Shown in pieces: positions 28,585-42,683 of a stretch of 64,000 nucleotides of DNA. The notes under the pieces are model-generated. The model was not told the origin of the DNA. It searched no databases and saw only the letters and a program-made list of their open reading frames with translations. Position numbers and translations under genes: made by a program. Source of the stretch: Epiperipatus broadwayi (taxonomy: Eukaryota; Animalia; Onychophora); contig JAQFVV010000008.1 in the NCBI GenBank assembly GCA_028023455.1, positions 8,556,001 to 8,620,000 of the forward strand, written 5' to 3'. Position 1 is the first letter of the stretch; each line of letters starts with the position of its first letter.

Positions 28585-31500
28585 AATTTATCTTTTTCAC
28601 GTATGTAGTCATGTGTATCAGTTGTATATAGTGGATAATTGTAGGGAGCTTAAAAATCTGAGTTCAAATCCCTTCTAATGTATATAAGGCAAATAAACAG
28701 AAACACCAGAGATTTCCGAATATAACAGAAATTACATTTATATCAGTGGTATATAGTGGATAATTGTAGGGAGCTTAAAAGTCTGAGTTTAAATCCCTTC
28801 TAATGTATATAAGGCAAATAAAAAGAAATGCCAGGCATTTCAAATATAATAGAAATGACATTTATTTTTAAAAGCAATACATGATTAGCATATCTCACTT
28901 TCTATGTTCAGAACCCTGAGGTATGAATTCAGGTAAAAATGTCATCCACCAAATAAACTTAAATAACCGTTCTCATAATCAACTTAATTAGTTATTTAAT
29001 TATTGGCATATAAACTAGTATCCAAGGTAAACAAATAGTATTCTTTATGTAGCTGTATTAAATGAATTTATTGAAAATAGTAATCATAGTCATTTAAACA
29101 AACTTTGTTATTCTATAGTTAAGTATAGCAGCATAATAATTCACTAATATAAATCAATTTATGAATAACTTTTTATTAGAAAATTTGTGATTAAATTCTT
29201 CTCTATAAGAATTGTAATGAAATGGATACTTTATTTTACATAAGGATAAGTGTACTGTATCAAGTTTAATTCACAATATATGCTATTAGTACAAATTATT
29301 TTTAGTAAGCATGATATGTCCTTTCTTACTTCCATCGTTTATTTCTAATTGTATATAAATATGTATGTCTATAAATTATGTGTGCTTTCATATTTATATA
29401 TTGCTTAATATATAAGTGCCTTATTCAGATGATATTGTTAAAGCAGCATGAACATCATATATGAGTCAACAAGTATATTACTAATCAATATAATTAGTAG
29501 TCAGTCAGATGCAAGACTTACAAAGGTAAATAAAGTTTAAGAGTATGATACATAGTATGTTGTGTATGCTTTATGTTATATTAAACATCAAACCAGTTTC
29601 AAGAAATCTTTAGTTCCTGAGACCTTGTTACAATTATGCCAATATTTTATTATATTTCAGAAAGTTATTATTTTGAGGCTAATTGTAATTGTTTGGTTCA
29701 TTCAATAAATTAACTCAAATACATAAAAACAGTTTGTGTTGGCAACAGTGGGAATAACTATTCCAAACAGATTAATATGAACAAGCAGATAGAATTTTGG
29801 TAGATTGATGTAATTTTATGCCAAATTGTGACAAAAGCAAAATTATTAAGTGAACATTTGATAGGTTTTGATGATGAGTGATGAATTCTCATTACAAGTT
29901 TGTGAAGTGAGATTGGAAAAAACAAGTAGTACAACAATAGATATTGTCTATTATAATGAATCACAAATTTATGTACTGATGATTGACAATTCTGTATCTA
30001 ATGATAGCATAATTTAGCAATTATTTACATGCAAGATATTGTTCTTCCAAATATTCTTATCTTGGATGGTCCTGTGATAACTAGGTCCCAATATGACAAT
30101 ATATAGATGTTTAATTTTTTTGCTTATATGCCTTTCAAAGTGGTAACTCTTTAGCTGTCTTTCAGCAGAAATAATGCAAGACTAGATAATTTTTTTGAGT
30201 GTCTCCAGATTTTTCATCTAAAAATATTGAATAGTAATATAATAATACGTTATAATTATTTCTAGATGCAAAGTTATCAGACATTGGCCAGAATAACATT
30301 ATAAGGCTGAATCATGATCACTCTAGATTCTTCTGTTTGAGTAATATACAAAATTCTGAAATAACACATTGTTTACATTGGATTATTTTCATCTTCTCAA
30401 ATTTTCATTCAGACATCATCATTGTAAGATAGTTTAAGGAAATATCTTTAAAAAAATTGTCATAATATGATGACTCTACAATAATATAAATTGAATGATT
30501 TAATTCATAGATTATTACATAAAAATTACATTATTCATTATGATGCACCCAACAGGCAACCTATTCATGCATAAAAACAAGTATAAATTCAGATGACCAT
30601 TTAAAATTCTTTGGTATTAATTTCCAGATAAAATCTTACTAAACTGATGAAGATAATTTATTCTGTAGAGGGTGGACACAGTTAAGCAATGTAAATTTAA
30701 TTTTAAAAACAGATATTCTGATTTTGGCTTTATTCCAATAATAAGCATAAATGTTAAAAAAGCAGGCAAAACTCTCTATACGTATTAGTGATCATGTGAT
30801 GTTTATTGACTTAATAAGCATAGATGGTAATTATTTTTTCAGAATAGGTTAGTCTTAGTTTGTAGTGAAAGAATTAGTCATTCAACTATTAGACAGTAAA
30901 CAACATATCCTGAGAGGAATATTGGAATCTGTTCAAGAACTGTTGATTTAAAATATATATTTACAAATTATTAAAAGCAATATTTTTAATATCTCAAGGT
31001 CCAAATTTTTGATGTTAAATATGTTTAGAGTGAATCACTATTAACCTACCTATTTAATCTCCATATATAATCATATAATTATCTAAGAAATCTTTTCTAC
31101 AATAACCGTAAAATTTATATATGTGGACACATACATTTTATATTAATAACACCTTCATAAGCAAAATAAAGATCCCATTGTTTGAAAATATGACAATTCA
31201 GTGACTATCAAATTTAGAACTTCCTAACTTATAGGCATACAAAATCTTTATGAATTTATATAAATAATTCATTTTCATAAGTACTGAGTGATAAACTAAT
31301 TTTTTAAAAATATATAGAATACATTTATTTGTAATAGAATCTATATAAATTAAGTATTTTCAATTTAATTAATAAAATAATCATCACTGTTCATCAGATC
31401 AAGCAACATTCATGAAACAAAATGACAGGTTGAACACATAGTTCCATCTAATTGACCAAATTATGAGATTTTTTTCCCTTCAGCTAGGAATCAAATTAGA

Positions 31501-34500
31501 AGCCTTCATTTCAAGTTTTTTTAAGATTATTTGATACCAATATGAAATTAAATCTATCAACCTGAAAATAGACATGTTGAATTTAGCAGAATATTAATCA
31601 AAATTCCTTCCATTGTTTGTATTAGAACTCTGAAAAGAATAACAGACTTGAATGCATTTATTTCCTAGATTTAATTACAAAATATTTTGACTTTATAGCA
31701 AATATTAGACAAACAATTGAATTATTGTTAGTTTAAATTTTCTTTTATAATTGAACTAAAACTTAAAAAAAAAAAATCAGAAGAAATAGTGTAATTTTCA
31801 TTATAGATCAGTAATATATGTTTTATTAATAATAAAAATAGATATCAGGTAGTTATTTCTATTGTCAAAAATTTACTTGTTAAATTAATAAGTTATGTGT
31901 ACTGAGTTTAATATAGTGACAATTTTAATAACAAATGTCAAATAATTAGCTATTTATGAACACATAAAATAACAGATTAAGCTTTGATCCAGAAACCATT
32001 GGTTCTAAAATTCATTATTTTACCAACTACTGCATTAAACCATATAAGACAATTGTAACAATTCTATTAATAAAGCTGTATAACAAATTAAGCAGCTGAT
32101 TTAAGCAGAAAATATAATTTTTCATATTTTTTACAGTTTTATTGATGCAATTTTTTTTTAAAAAAAAAGACTTTTTATCAAACATATATAAAATGAACGT
32201 ATTAATTGCAATTTGTTAACATATAAATAATTAATTTTTAAACAAGTTAAGCAAAATTTTTATTCTTAAGCACCTAAAATTAAATAAAATATATAATACA
32301 ATATATGATTTTAAAAATGTACTGTACTATATATAAACAATGACATAAAGTGCATTGTATGTTTAATAAAATCAATACGTATTATTATGATAATAAGAAG
32401 CAATAATAGTAATCCATTATGTGAATATATTGAAATGTTTAAGTATAATATTGAGAAGCAAATAATTTGTGCAATAGTTGTTAAAGCATGAATTTGTAAT
32501 TGAGCACTTAACCCTAATGAAATATTATTAAGTAAATAAAAATTTAAGAGACTAGGCTTCAATAGAAAAAATATGCATCCTTAACTCCCCCCCCCCGATT
32601 GTATTTGTGTACAACTTGATATTTATATATACAAAAAATTATAGCATTCTTTCGGAAATAGAATACTGCAATATTTAGTAACAAGTTTGCAGTAACTTCC
32701 ATCTTCAGCTTCTGAGAAAGATGTAAATAAAAGTAAAAATTATGAAATTATTAAAAAATAATATTGATTTTTAATATTTCAGATTACTAATTACTTTAAA
32801 ATTTTATAATTTTTTTGGAATTCTAAAACAATTCATAAAGACCAATTTTTTTTTTCTGTAAAAAGCTGTTATCTAACTGAGACAATTAATTTAATATTTT
32901 TGAAATAAAAAAAACTCTAAGATCCATATCAGAATGATTTAGAAAAATATAAATATTATAGTAAAGATTATATTAATAATGAAAGAAATATCAGACAGAA
33001 TTTACTAACAAAAGTAATGATTATTAAATTTTTTTCTTTTCAAAATCTAATTTCTTTGTACATTGTTTATAAAGAGTGCTCAAAATCTCAAAATGTACAT
33101 AACATTCATGGAATAGCAATTAATGTATCAAACCGTCATATTTATGAACTGCAATGCAAAATCTGAAGATAAGTTTTGATATTTTTTTTTTAAGGCAACT
33201 AAGTAAGACTCAAAGCTTGTAATTTTTTTTAATTATTCTGTATACAGCTAAACTACAGTGATTCAATATTGATTAATAAATGAATATCCAATTCTCTTAG
33301 CTAAACCATCCTAAGATAAAATCAATAAGTTATTCATATTCTAATATACTGATAACAAGAGAAAATGTGATTCTAATATGATGTCTCTTCATCATTTATT
33401 AGATGGCATTTGTCATACATAGACCCCAGAATTCTTTTTTTTTTCTAAAACACAATTTTAAATAAATTTCAATATTATTAATATTTTTTTAAAAATGTAT
33501 GATCTTAAAAAAATTCTCAGAAACCTTAACTTTAATATTTTAAAAATTATAAATAATTTATTAGCAAAAAAAAAAAAAAGAATCAAAATTAATAAATCAA
33601 AACCTCAAAACAACTAATGAGCAAAAAATAAAACAAAATATGCATTTTCAAATGGCTATATACTTTTTATATGCCATAAGATTTATAATAAGAAATTGCA
33701 AAACTGTTAACCTCTTTATAATTAAATGTGAAACATTTTGCATTAAGTTTGAACTAAAACCAAATTCTAAATATTAACACCATTTGCTTTAAATTACAGA
33801 GCTGATTTATTTTTAAATATCAGGCAAAAATATTATATAGACCCACAGAAGTTATGCAAAAAAGAAATATAATATGTAAGAAAAAAAAATTAATAATAAA
33901 TATTTTGAAAAATGTAAATTATTTATTATATAAATAAATATTGTTATATTAAATAGAATAGTGGCAGTAAGACTTGTAGAATATCAAGACAGACAGCCGA
34001 GTAAGAAAATATTTAAAAGGTAATGGAAAAATTATGCACTCATATATAAAGATCTGATACTACACACTGATTATAAAACATTAGAAAGAAATCAAAAATT
34101 ACAAAAGGAAAAAAATTAATGATAAAAAAAAATAAATTCTTCCCTCAAATGTAATTCCCATAATAAAAGTCTGGAACACACTGTAAAAGCTGAATAGTTT
34201 CTGCACTTTATACCAGGATTTCCAATAAGATAGTATTTATTTACTAAAATAGATATTAATTTTAATGCTTTATTCAGATAAAAATGCAATGACTTAATAT
34301 TGAGATTTTTTCCCCATTGATTTTATCTTCTTTATATATATATAAAAATTAATGATTTATGACTAGGCTTAAGTTATTGCAAATATTTTTATTTATAATA
34401 AAATTTACACAGATACATGCAAAATTATACACAAGATTGAAGAAGAATAACAAAATAAAATCTGAGCTGCAATTTAGTGAAAATCACAAGTTTGAAAATT

Positions 34501-37500
34501 CTATTTTCAAGTATTTTTTCCAACTTATTTACTGTGTTATTTTCAGAAATGTATATATTGAATTGTATCGTTATATGATATTCATATACAGAAAAGAAAA
34601 AAAAAAATCTGCCTTTATACTTCTATCACTTCTTTATTAAAAATATTTTATTAATCCATTAGTTTATTGACATTTAATCAATATTGCTATATAGTTCAAG
34701 TTGTTTTATATTTTATATGACCAACCAATAGACCACAATCCATAAACATATTGATTCCATTGATTTTAATTAAAATTCAGCAATCACCAAGCTATGAAGT
34801 TTATGATTGTATATTTGAGTTGAAAGTTATTTCTTTCAATAATTCATGATGAGATAATTCATAATATTGAGACAAGATATTCACAGTTTTTGAAATAAAA
34901 AGGCAAGTTGTTTCCATTATTTTAGGTGAAGATACAAACAACTTGATTGAAGTTATTTGACATATTCCATGAGTAAATTTTACAGTTGACTGCAATAAAT
35001 GAAATTTTCTTGAAATAATAATCAGTGATAGTTCCTTGTTTATTTGTTGTTGTTAATCCTTTTTCTTAGTCTGAGAAGAGAAGACATTTTTGCCAAGCTA
35101 AGGTAAAATGCCTCGAGTGATTTGATCGACTCAACCATGATTATGAAGGTAGACAAAATGCTATTTTAAAATTTTAACTTGCCTAGGCTTTGAAGGCAAT
35201 AAAATTTTATGAAGAATAGCTGGTTTTTTATTCATAACATTCAGTCAGCTGATGTCTGGATCAGCTCATATTTCCCATTATGCTTTGGCAGTTTCCTTAT
35301 TTTTATTGGAAAATTTAGAAGAATTGTCAAGGTTACAGAAAAAACAGATGCTAGAAATTATCTGATTTTTGAATTAGCACAGCATTTTTTTCTAGACACA
35401 GTTCAAAATGTAGAGAATAATAATGATTTCAAATTTTTCAATTGCTTTATTTTGTTCAGTTTAAAATAATTTTACAATGATTTATTTAAATCAACCTATA
35501 TAATCTATAAGTTCTCAGATATTTATTTTAATTAATTTTAAATTGGCCTTTTAATTAAATTACACTATCAAATAAATATTCTTTTTAAATCAAGCAGACT
35601 AAATCAATTTTGCTAGCTCTATAGTTATAAACTGATCAAATCTAAACACAATCTTTCATGCACATACATGCGTAAAATATAAGAACTGTTTGTTCTACAC
35701 CTTAAATAAATATAATCTTAAATGTAATTACTTTCTTTTAAAATATTATGTGGTGTAATGTCAGATTTATTATTCAGCTCTGTATTTCTTTATAAAATAT
35801 GTATTTCATGTAGATGTGCACCTCTATTTGTCTATACAATTTAATGGCGTTTTCCCTAATAATAATAATGACAAAATACAATCACATGTATTTTTATATA
35901 AACATTGATTAGAAAATCTGATTGGGAAGATGTCTTTAAATCCTTTATAAAATTACATTTTCTCTTAAATGTTAATGAGAGACTTTTGGACTGAATTTTG
36001 AATATATTATATGCTATCTACCCAATGATAGTGGTTATCATATTTGCTTAACCATAAAAATAAAACTAATAAAATTTTAACTGTAAGGTTACAATATATA
36101 TGCATAAAAGAATAATTATAATTCACTTTTGGTGATCATTTATTTCTAAATGCTCCTAATTATTTCTTTTCTAATTATTGATTAACATTTTCAAAACTTA
36201 AAAAGAAACAATATTTATCTTTCTAAAAACATTTGTTCACTATCTTAATTAGATAGCAATTATCATGTTAGCTATATTATGCAAGTCTTTTAAAATATGA
36301 GTTCTCCATATATTATTGCAATCTTCATCCGAAGGTGTTATTTATGTGACTTATACACAATTGGACTTATAGTAAATTAAAATAATTTTTAACTAAGGCT
36401 CTTGCAATTATCATCAACATCATTGTTGGTGAATTGAAAATAATTTTTATCATTTCAGAAAATATTGAAGATCAATGATATTTAATTGATAATAAAATTA
36501 TTTACTAATATAGGCAAATCAGTTAGCTAGAAATCACATCATTTTGTGATTTCTAGCTCAAATAATGTGTTATGAAATTCTCTACTAAAAACAATCCATT
36601 GCATGACTTTTCCCAGTCAAGGAAGAATGGTTCCAGACCCATAGACAAATTGAACTAGCCTTGTGGATAACTTCATTTAATTTTATTAAATGATATTCAA
36701 TGTCAGATTAATCTTTAGCAAATCCTGTTTGATTTAGTAAGATTTTTAATGACTTTCAAGCTAAGAGCTGCACATTAAAAAAAAAAAAAAAGATTATCTG
36801 AAATCTATATTGAAGGCTTGAAAATACTACCATTTTTGCTATTCCTAATTCTCTGTGGTCTGATTTGGCTTGAAAGATTTTCCTTCCAAGAAGGGCCACA
36901 ATAGCAATGTAAGCTTTCTCCGAAAAACAATTATATGTGGAATAACAGTAAAATTCCAAATATTGTGCTTCAATTGATAAAGTGACATTCTGAGAATTCT
37001 TGATTACTAAAAAAATAAAATAAAAACACACCATAAATCTATTCACTTATAAGTTCATTATATTTTCACATAGTAGATGAAACATTTAATTAAATTTAGC
37101 AATAATATATAATTCATCCATTTATACACAATAACCATGAACTATGTGTTTGCTGTTCTAGAAATATTTGTCCAGAGATGAGTATGCTTTTAAGCAAATG
37201 TGATTCATGCTATTTCAAAAGATTTTATTAATCTTTGGTCATTTTTCTTACATGTTATGTGTAAATAGCCTAACTACTTCTAAGTCAATGATAATTTGAT
37301 TCTCTTCTTTAGTTAATATTGCATCCTAATTATGTAAGGAGCAGAATTCTTGGCAAACTACATAGTAATCTTTTACAGATGGTTTATGCATTTAATAATG
37401 CTTCTCATTTTTCTAGTAATTTTCTACAAGAAATCATGCAAGGTGTCAAATTGACCGAGATTTTAATCAATTTGAAACAAATTCCAGTATTTTCTGTTTG

Positions 37501-39134
37501 ACATGATATGAAAAAAATAAAATAAACAGATATAACAACCTTTAATATACCGTTATAAAATTTTAGTGTTATGAAGTCTATATATTATAGATCCTTATCA
37601 TGGAACAAAAGTGAATAGCTTTTATAAATTATCAACATGAAAGTCGTGGAAATAATTTTCTTTAATATGTTGTATAGATATGAAATGGATAGTGAAATCT
37701 GGATTTTAAAAATGTTGTAATCTAAGAAGTGAAAGTAAGTATTAAATGCTGCTCATTGTTCAGGATTATATGAAATGAAATCTTCAATAACAATTACACT
37801 GAATAATTGTTGACCAATATTTCAAAAGTTAATGATAAGTGTGCTTCTTATGCATTAAGCTGAGCATATCGTTAGAATGATAATAGATAAAGAATTAGGA
37901 TATTATGTCATGAGAACATTACTTCGTTGTATATAGTTTTCCATAATGAAAGTAATGCCCCAAGAACTTATCTGGTATATAAATGAAGCTATTAGATGAT
38001 GTGACTCTTAATTTCATGCTCCAATAGATGGTTATAAATTGAAGATGATAAGAAAATATAATCCCTCTTTCTTTTAGAATTATTCAATATGATCTTTATA
38101 AAATGAGAATATATGGTGATCACCATCAACATCCTAATCATTGAGAACTGGGTTCAGAATTTATATATCATATTTAATATTTTTTTCTTAATGATACATA
38201 AATAGCTATATCAATGTATGGCAATTATAAATAAAATATACATATTTATATATCTATTTTAATACTATTATATAAATGACAACCAGCTTGGTGGCATATA
38301 TATACATCTCTCATATTTCCATTACAATATATAATAGCTTTAGATAGTGATGATATGTATGTGGGTCACATAAATTAGAAGGAATAGACAATTTCATTTT
38401 AATTCTTTGAAGGTCACCAAACGTTAAATAACATTTTTTTAAAACTAATGTTAGCTGTGAATCTGAAATATATTTTGGCAAATTTTAATAAAAATAAGTT
38501 TAAAAAGATTTATTTACTATTCAAGTTATTTTTAAATCTTTACAAACAAAAATTAGTACTTTTTGGTTTTTATATTTCATTTTAAATTTTCATAGCAAGC
38601 AGATAAATGGTTTGAGTGTGGAATAACAATAATGTCACAGTAATATATATATACATCAGATGATTAATCTGTTTATAAATCACATTTCTGATCTAATTTT
38701 TCCAATTCCCCCTCATTTTTCTATATATTTACTTCATATAAAGTTACATTTCCAGAAAAAACACTCAACAAAGCATCTTTTTAATAGTCCATAAAATAAT
38801 TTTCAATCCTTAATAAAAGACTGTTTAGACATTAAAATTTCCATACTTTCACCAGTAGTTATCCAACATCCCAAATATTTAAAAGCAATAAACTTGCTAT
38901 ATAACTTGCAGTGTAGTGCTTAATCTTTTTGCCTATTTATGTTGCTTTACTTTGATTTGCATTTACTTTCACAATATCACACAATATTGTATAGAATCTG
39001 ATCCTTATAATCTGCAAGTGGTGCTATATCATCAGCAAATTTGATACAATTAACCCTTCCACTCTCCAATGTTAATTCCATTTTAATTAAAACAATATTT
39101 AGTTAATAACTAATCAGTTTCTTTTTTTTTTTAT

Positions 39135-40195
39135 AAAGCAGAAAATAGCCTAAAAACGATTTACTCGCTGACGAAGAAGCTTCCAAATAAACAAAACAAA
39201 TTTCGCTTAAAACTATTAAATGGGCCAAGCGCTTTCGAGGTTTGCCCTCATATTCATGGCCGACGAAAGTAATAAATCTTTACGTAGTGTTATTAAATAA
39301 CAAATATGCAAATGTAAATGCAAATCAGTTTGACCATTTTTTTGAAATGGAAAAACACGTGTCGCGTCTATTGATAGAATTGTTGTCGCAAACAATAAAG
39401 TATGCCTCTTTGATCTTTCTTTTACAGTCGTTGGTTTCAGGGCATACAATCATGGGGTTGCCTGGTTCGAACACATGGCCAGTCTGCTTTTCATGTTCCA
39501 GAAATATTGAAAAGTTATCGCTGTTCTTTTTTGCTCTTCTATAGGTATACAAGTATTGAGCAGCTCTGTTGTGAACAGTGGCCTTAGTTTCCCCATAGTA
39601 TATGGCTTTGCATCCGGCCTGTGGACATGACATGCTGTAAATCACCTGGGGTGTTTGAGATGTGTCTGTTCTATCCTTTGAATTATTAATGAGTCTGTTA
39701 GAATTAGGGGGAGTATGAAAACCAACCTTAAATTCCCCAGTTAAAGTCTTTATTATCTGTTGTGATACTTTGGGAATATAAGGAGTGTAATTTGAGGCTT
39801 ATCCTTATTTTTGTGGTTAGCTATTAGTTTACTGTGAAATTGCTTAATTTTCTTTGCAATTGATCTGTAGCTGAAACCTTCGCTAAGCAAATCTTTTATA
39901 TAAATTGCGATGTTGGTCTTTCTATCGGCTTCAAATTTACATAAATTTTGATTTCTAAATAAAAACGCATTGAGCCCTGCGAATTTATGTGCAGTAGGTG
40001 ACATGGATTTCGGGTGAGTAAAGCCTCGGATCTCAAGGGGTTTAACTATCATACTATAATGCAGATCTCTGTTTTCTCTATGGACCAGCAAATCCAAATA
40101 TTTAAGCTTCTGCCCTTCGTTCTCCCAAGTGGTGTTAATAATCAATTTAGATTGTAGTTATAATTCATTTTGAATATTGACAATTACATTTTTTG
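39135..40195 (-). mobile_element. 5'-truncated Penelope-like element (RT thumb, GIY-YIG endonuclease, 3' terminal repeat)
   Basis: ORF 39753-40145 contains LKYLDLLV (thumb). After one frameshift, ORF 39325-39645 reads VIYSMSCPQAGCKAIYYGETK...R...KRKIKEAYFI...INR (PLE GIY-YIG). Confidence 0.9.
39223..39261 (-). ncRNA. Minimal hammerhead-like motif with A3/U8 core
   Basis: GGCC ATGAATAT GAGG-GCAAA-CCTC GAAA GCGC TT GGCC, about 60 nt after the endonuclease stop codon. Confidence 0.65.
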
Positions 40196-40828
40196 GTGAA
40201 AACATTTTCTGCCTTACACCTTTCCCTCCCCTACAACTATCCCAAAAGAAAACAAAACAAAAAAATACTTATTATAATTTATCAAGAATTCATTTCTTTC
40301 TTGTCTCAATTGTTTTAAATACTTTTTAAAAGATAATCTAAATTCTATTATTAGTAAACTATGATCTGGAACAATATCAGTTCCAGAATGTATACATGAA
40401 CTCATAATTCTGTTTATAAACTTATTTAAATCAAAATATAATTTAATTGAAATCTATTCTTATCACTGGAGATTTCTATATGTAAATTGTTCTCTTGTGA
40501 TTTTTAAAACATGTCATCATTATTATCATACTATTTTCTCTATAAAAAACTTTCAATTGTCTAATTTCTTATTCTAAATTATATAATCTCCAACAATTTT
40601 ATCATCACTTCTCCATCCTGTCACAATATTCCATCATCCACCCCCTTATCATTATACAATTTATTCAAACATATTTTCTAATTCATTATCATTATAATTT
40701 AGTGCTGGGCATGTATATTTCAATAGTAATTAGATATCTCAGATACACTTTCAGTATTATCACAATCAATCTAATACTTATAAAATATTTTTTTTGGTTT
40801 GGATCTAAAACAATACCTACACATTATT

Positions 40829-40998
40829 TGTATTATTATATATTAGACTATTTCAATCATCTAATATTAAGTATTGAATGTCTTTAGAAAAATTTAATTT
40901 AATTTAAATTTTCCAATTACATTCAATTATTAGTTAATTTTTTCTAAAGATATTCAATACTTAATATTAGATTATGGAAATAGTCTAAAATAGAAATA
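40829..40998. repeat. Inverted repeat, arms about 60 bp
   Basis: tagactatttcaatcatctaatattaagtattgaatgtctttagaaaa is mirrored by ttttctaaagatattcaatacttaatattagattatggaaatagtcta. Confidence 0.9.
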
Positions 40999-42379
40999 CA
41001 ACTAAAATATCATCACAAACCTTCAGGAAAAAAATTACATCATTATGTTTACTTCTATCCTCCAGAATAAAGATCTACTCCTTTCCCATTCTTATCTTCA
41101 TAGACAATCCAACTCATCTCACAGAAGTCTAAAATAACCCCCCTTTCCCTTTTCAATTCAAAGTCATACATAATTTATTTACAATAAATTTAGTTTAATA
41201 TTCCTTGTTACTGAGAAATTTATGCAAAAATCTTTTCTTGATATTCCTGTTATGTCTAGAATTGAAAAACTGACTATTAATAAATTTAAAAAGAAAAAAA
41301 AAGTTATCTTGCTTTACTATTTCACCAAATTCCCAAGGCATGCAAAAATATTTAATAATATAAATACAGGTCTTTTAATCTATTAGCTCTATGGTCGAAT
41401 ATCTTGATCAACATAGACTCCAGAGGAAATCAAACTGCTAAAACATATGAGGTTCTTAATTTCATTTGCAAACATTAAATAACTCTTATTTATTAGTCAG
41501 TTACATTCAATTAGATCTTAGCTATCTTAAGTTTTTTATTACTTATATTAAGAATAAAGATTATATTGCTATATTAAATGATCATTTACTAAAATCAACT
41601 GCACACCAAACATTTTGTTAATATAACTATCTACTGCTAGCTGCACTTTTTGGAGTGATTAAGCAATAACCATTAATGACTTGTTTGCTGATTTGAATAT
41701 ATCACTTATATGCTTTTAACTTTAATATATCATAAATGTAAAAAAGTAATATTTTGGTATAAATTATTTTTCTATAAAATTCTCAACTTATTCTTTAATG
41801 GGTTTCATAAGTATATCTAAGATGCATCTTTTTCATTTTATAATTCTGACCAAATTTTTCTTTGTTTATAGATTTAAATCTAATTTTTCCACCATTTGTA
41901 AATTATATAATAAGTAGAATGAAAACCTCTACTATCTATTTAAGAAATGGTCTCATTTTTGGTAACCTAAGATTGCAATTGCGTGATACTACTCATATTA
42001 ATTTTAAACATCATCAAAATGATGACAATAAAATCTTTGATGTATATAACATGATGGATCTTATCCACATTATTAAATGTTATAAATCATGATGCCTCAA
42101 TTTATATTCAACAATAGAAATCAAAATTCCTAAAAAACAAATGACAAGCTATGACAAATATCTATCTCATCCATAGTTTAAAAGTCCATTTCCTAGCTTT
42201 GTTTGGAAATAGGCATAACTAGTCAAAAGTTTTATTTCAAATTGGTTCACCCGTTATATCTTTATATCAAAATCCATGGGATTAAAAAAATATTAAATAA
42301 AATAAGTGAGAAATTCATAAATTTCATATGTATATCCCTTTGACCCCCAGTACGACTTTTCTAGAAATTTCTATTTTGA

Positions 42380-42683
42380 GCTGAGTTTACGCGTAAACGG
42401 TAAACGTTACACATACGCACAATACGTCATTCTTTGCGCGATTTCAATATCTACCTGAAACTCTAAGAATTTTTTCTGTACAACAATTTTTAGATTTTTT
42501 TATGAATATTTTTAGCGAAGTGTACCTAAAAAATTTTTTTATTTTTATCATTTTATTTATCGTAAAAAAGTTATTCCACAATTGTTGGATCAAATTACTG
42601 AAGATTTTATTGTGATTTTCCGTTGAAGTTGTCTGTGATTCTGGGCCCTCTTCTCAAATTACGTTTTTGGATAATGTTCAAGG
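42380..42683 (+). promoter_or_regulatory. Candidate promoter and first exon
   Basis: Cluster of CpGs (acgcgtaaacgg, tacgcac, tttgcgcg) in a CpG-poor background, ending at donor CAAGG|GTATGT. Confidence 0.35.

Larger units (their letters stand above)
27560..28865. mobile_element. Cluster of 5'-truncated hammerhead-bearing retroelement ends (PLE- or retrozyme-like): two minus copies, one plus copy, plus tail duplications
   Basis: About 27560-27930 (minus), 28015-28200 (minus) and 28290-28740 (plus) are mutually homologous, and 28617-28739 is repeated at 28741-28865. The plus copy has a weak GIY-YIG-like frame (LYV.T*RDLKSRLK). Confidence 0.7.
38740..41170 (-). mobile_element. Fragmented APE-RT LINE (RTE-like) interrupted by a PLE fragment and a hairpin insert
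   Basis: APE N-terminus (CEMSW...LYSGG) near 41050-41150; G.DI..DH.LL..F.L near 40330-40390; RT C-terminus KFADD and FKYLG at 38860-39050. Confidence 0.6.

Noticed and set aside
29600-31620. Traces of LINE RT/RNase H-like peptides (for example KFFGINF)
   Set aside because: Too degenerate, with inconsistent strands; could not be supported by eye.
37300-38000. Possible RTE 3' region on the plus strand
   Set aside because: Only isolated short motifs between many stops.
39167-39200. CTGACGA followed by GAAGCTTC on the plus strand
   Set aside because: Antisense to the PLE, with no GAAA or stem I partner.
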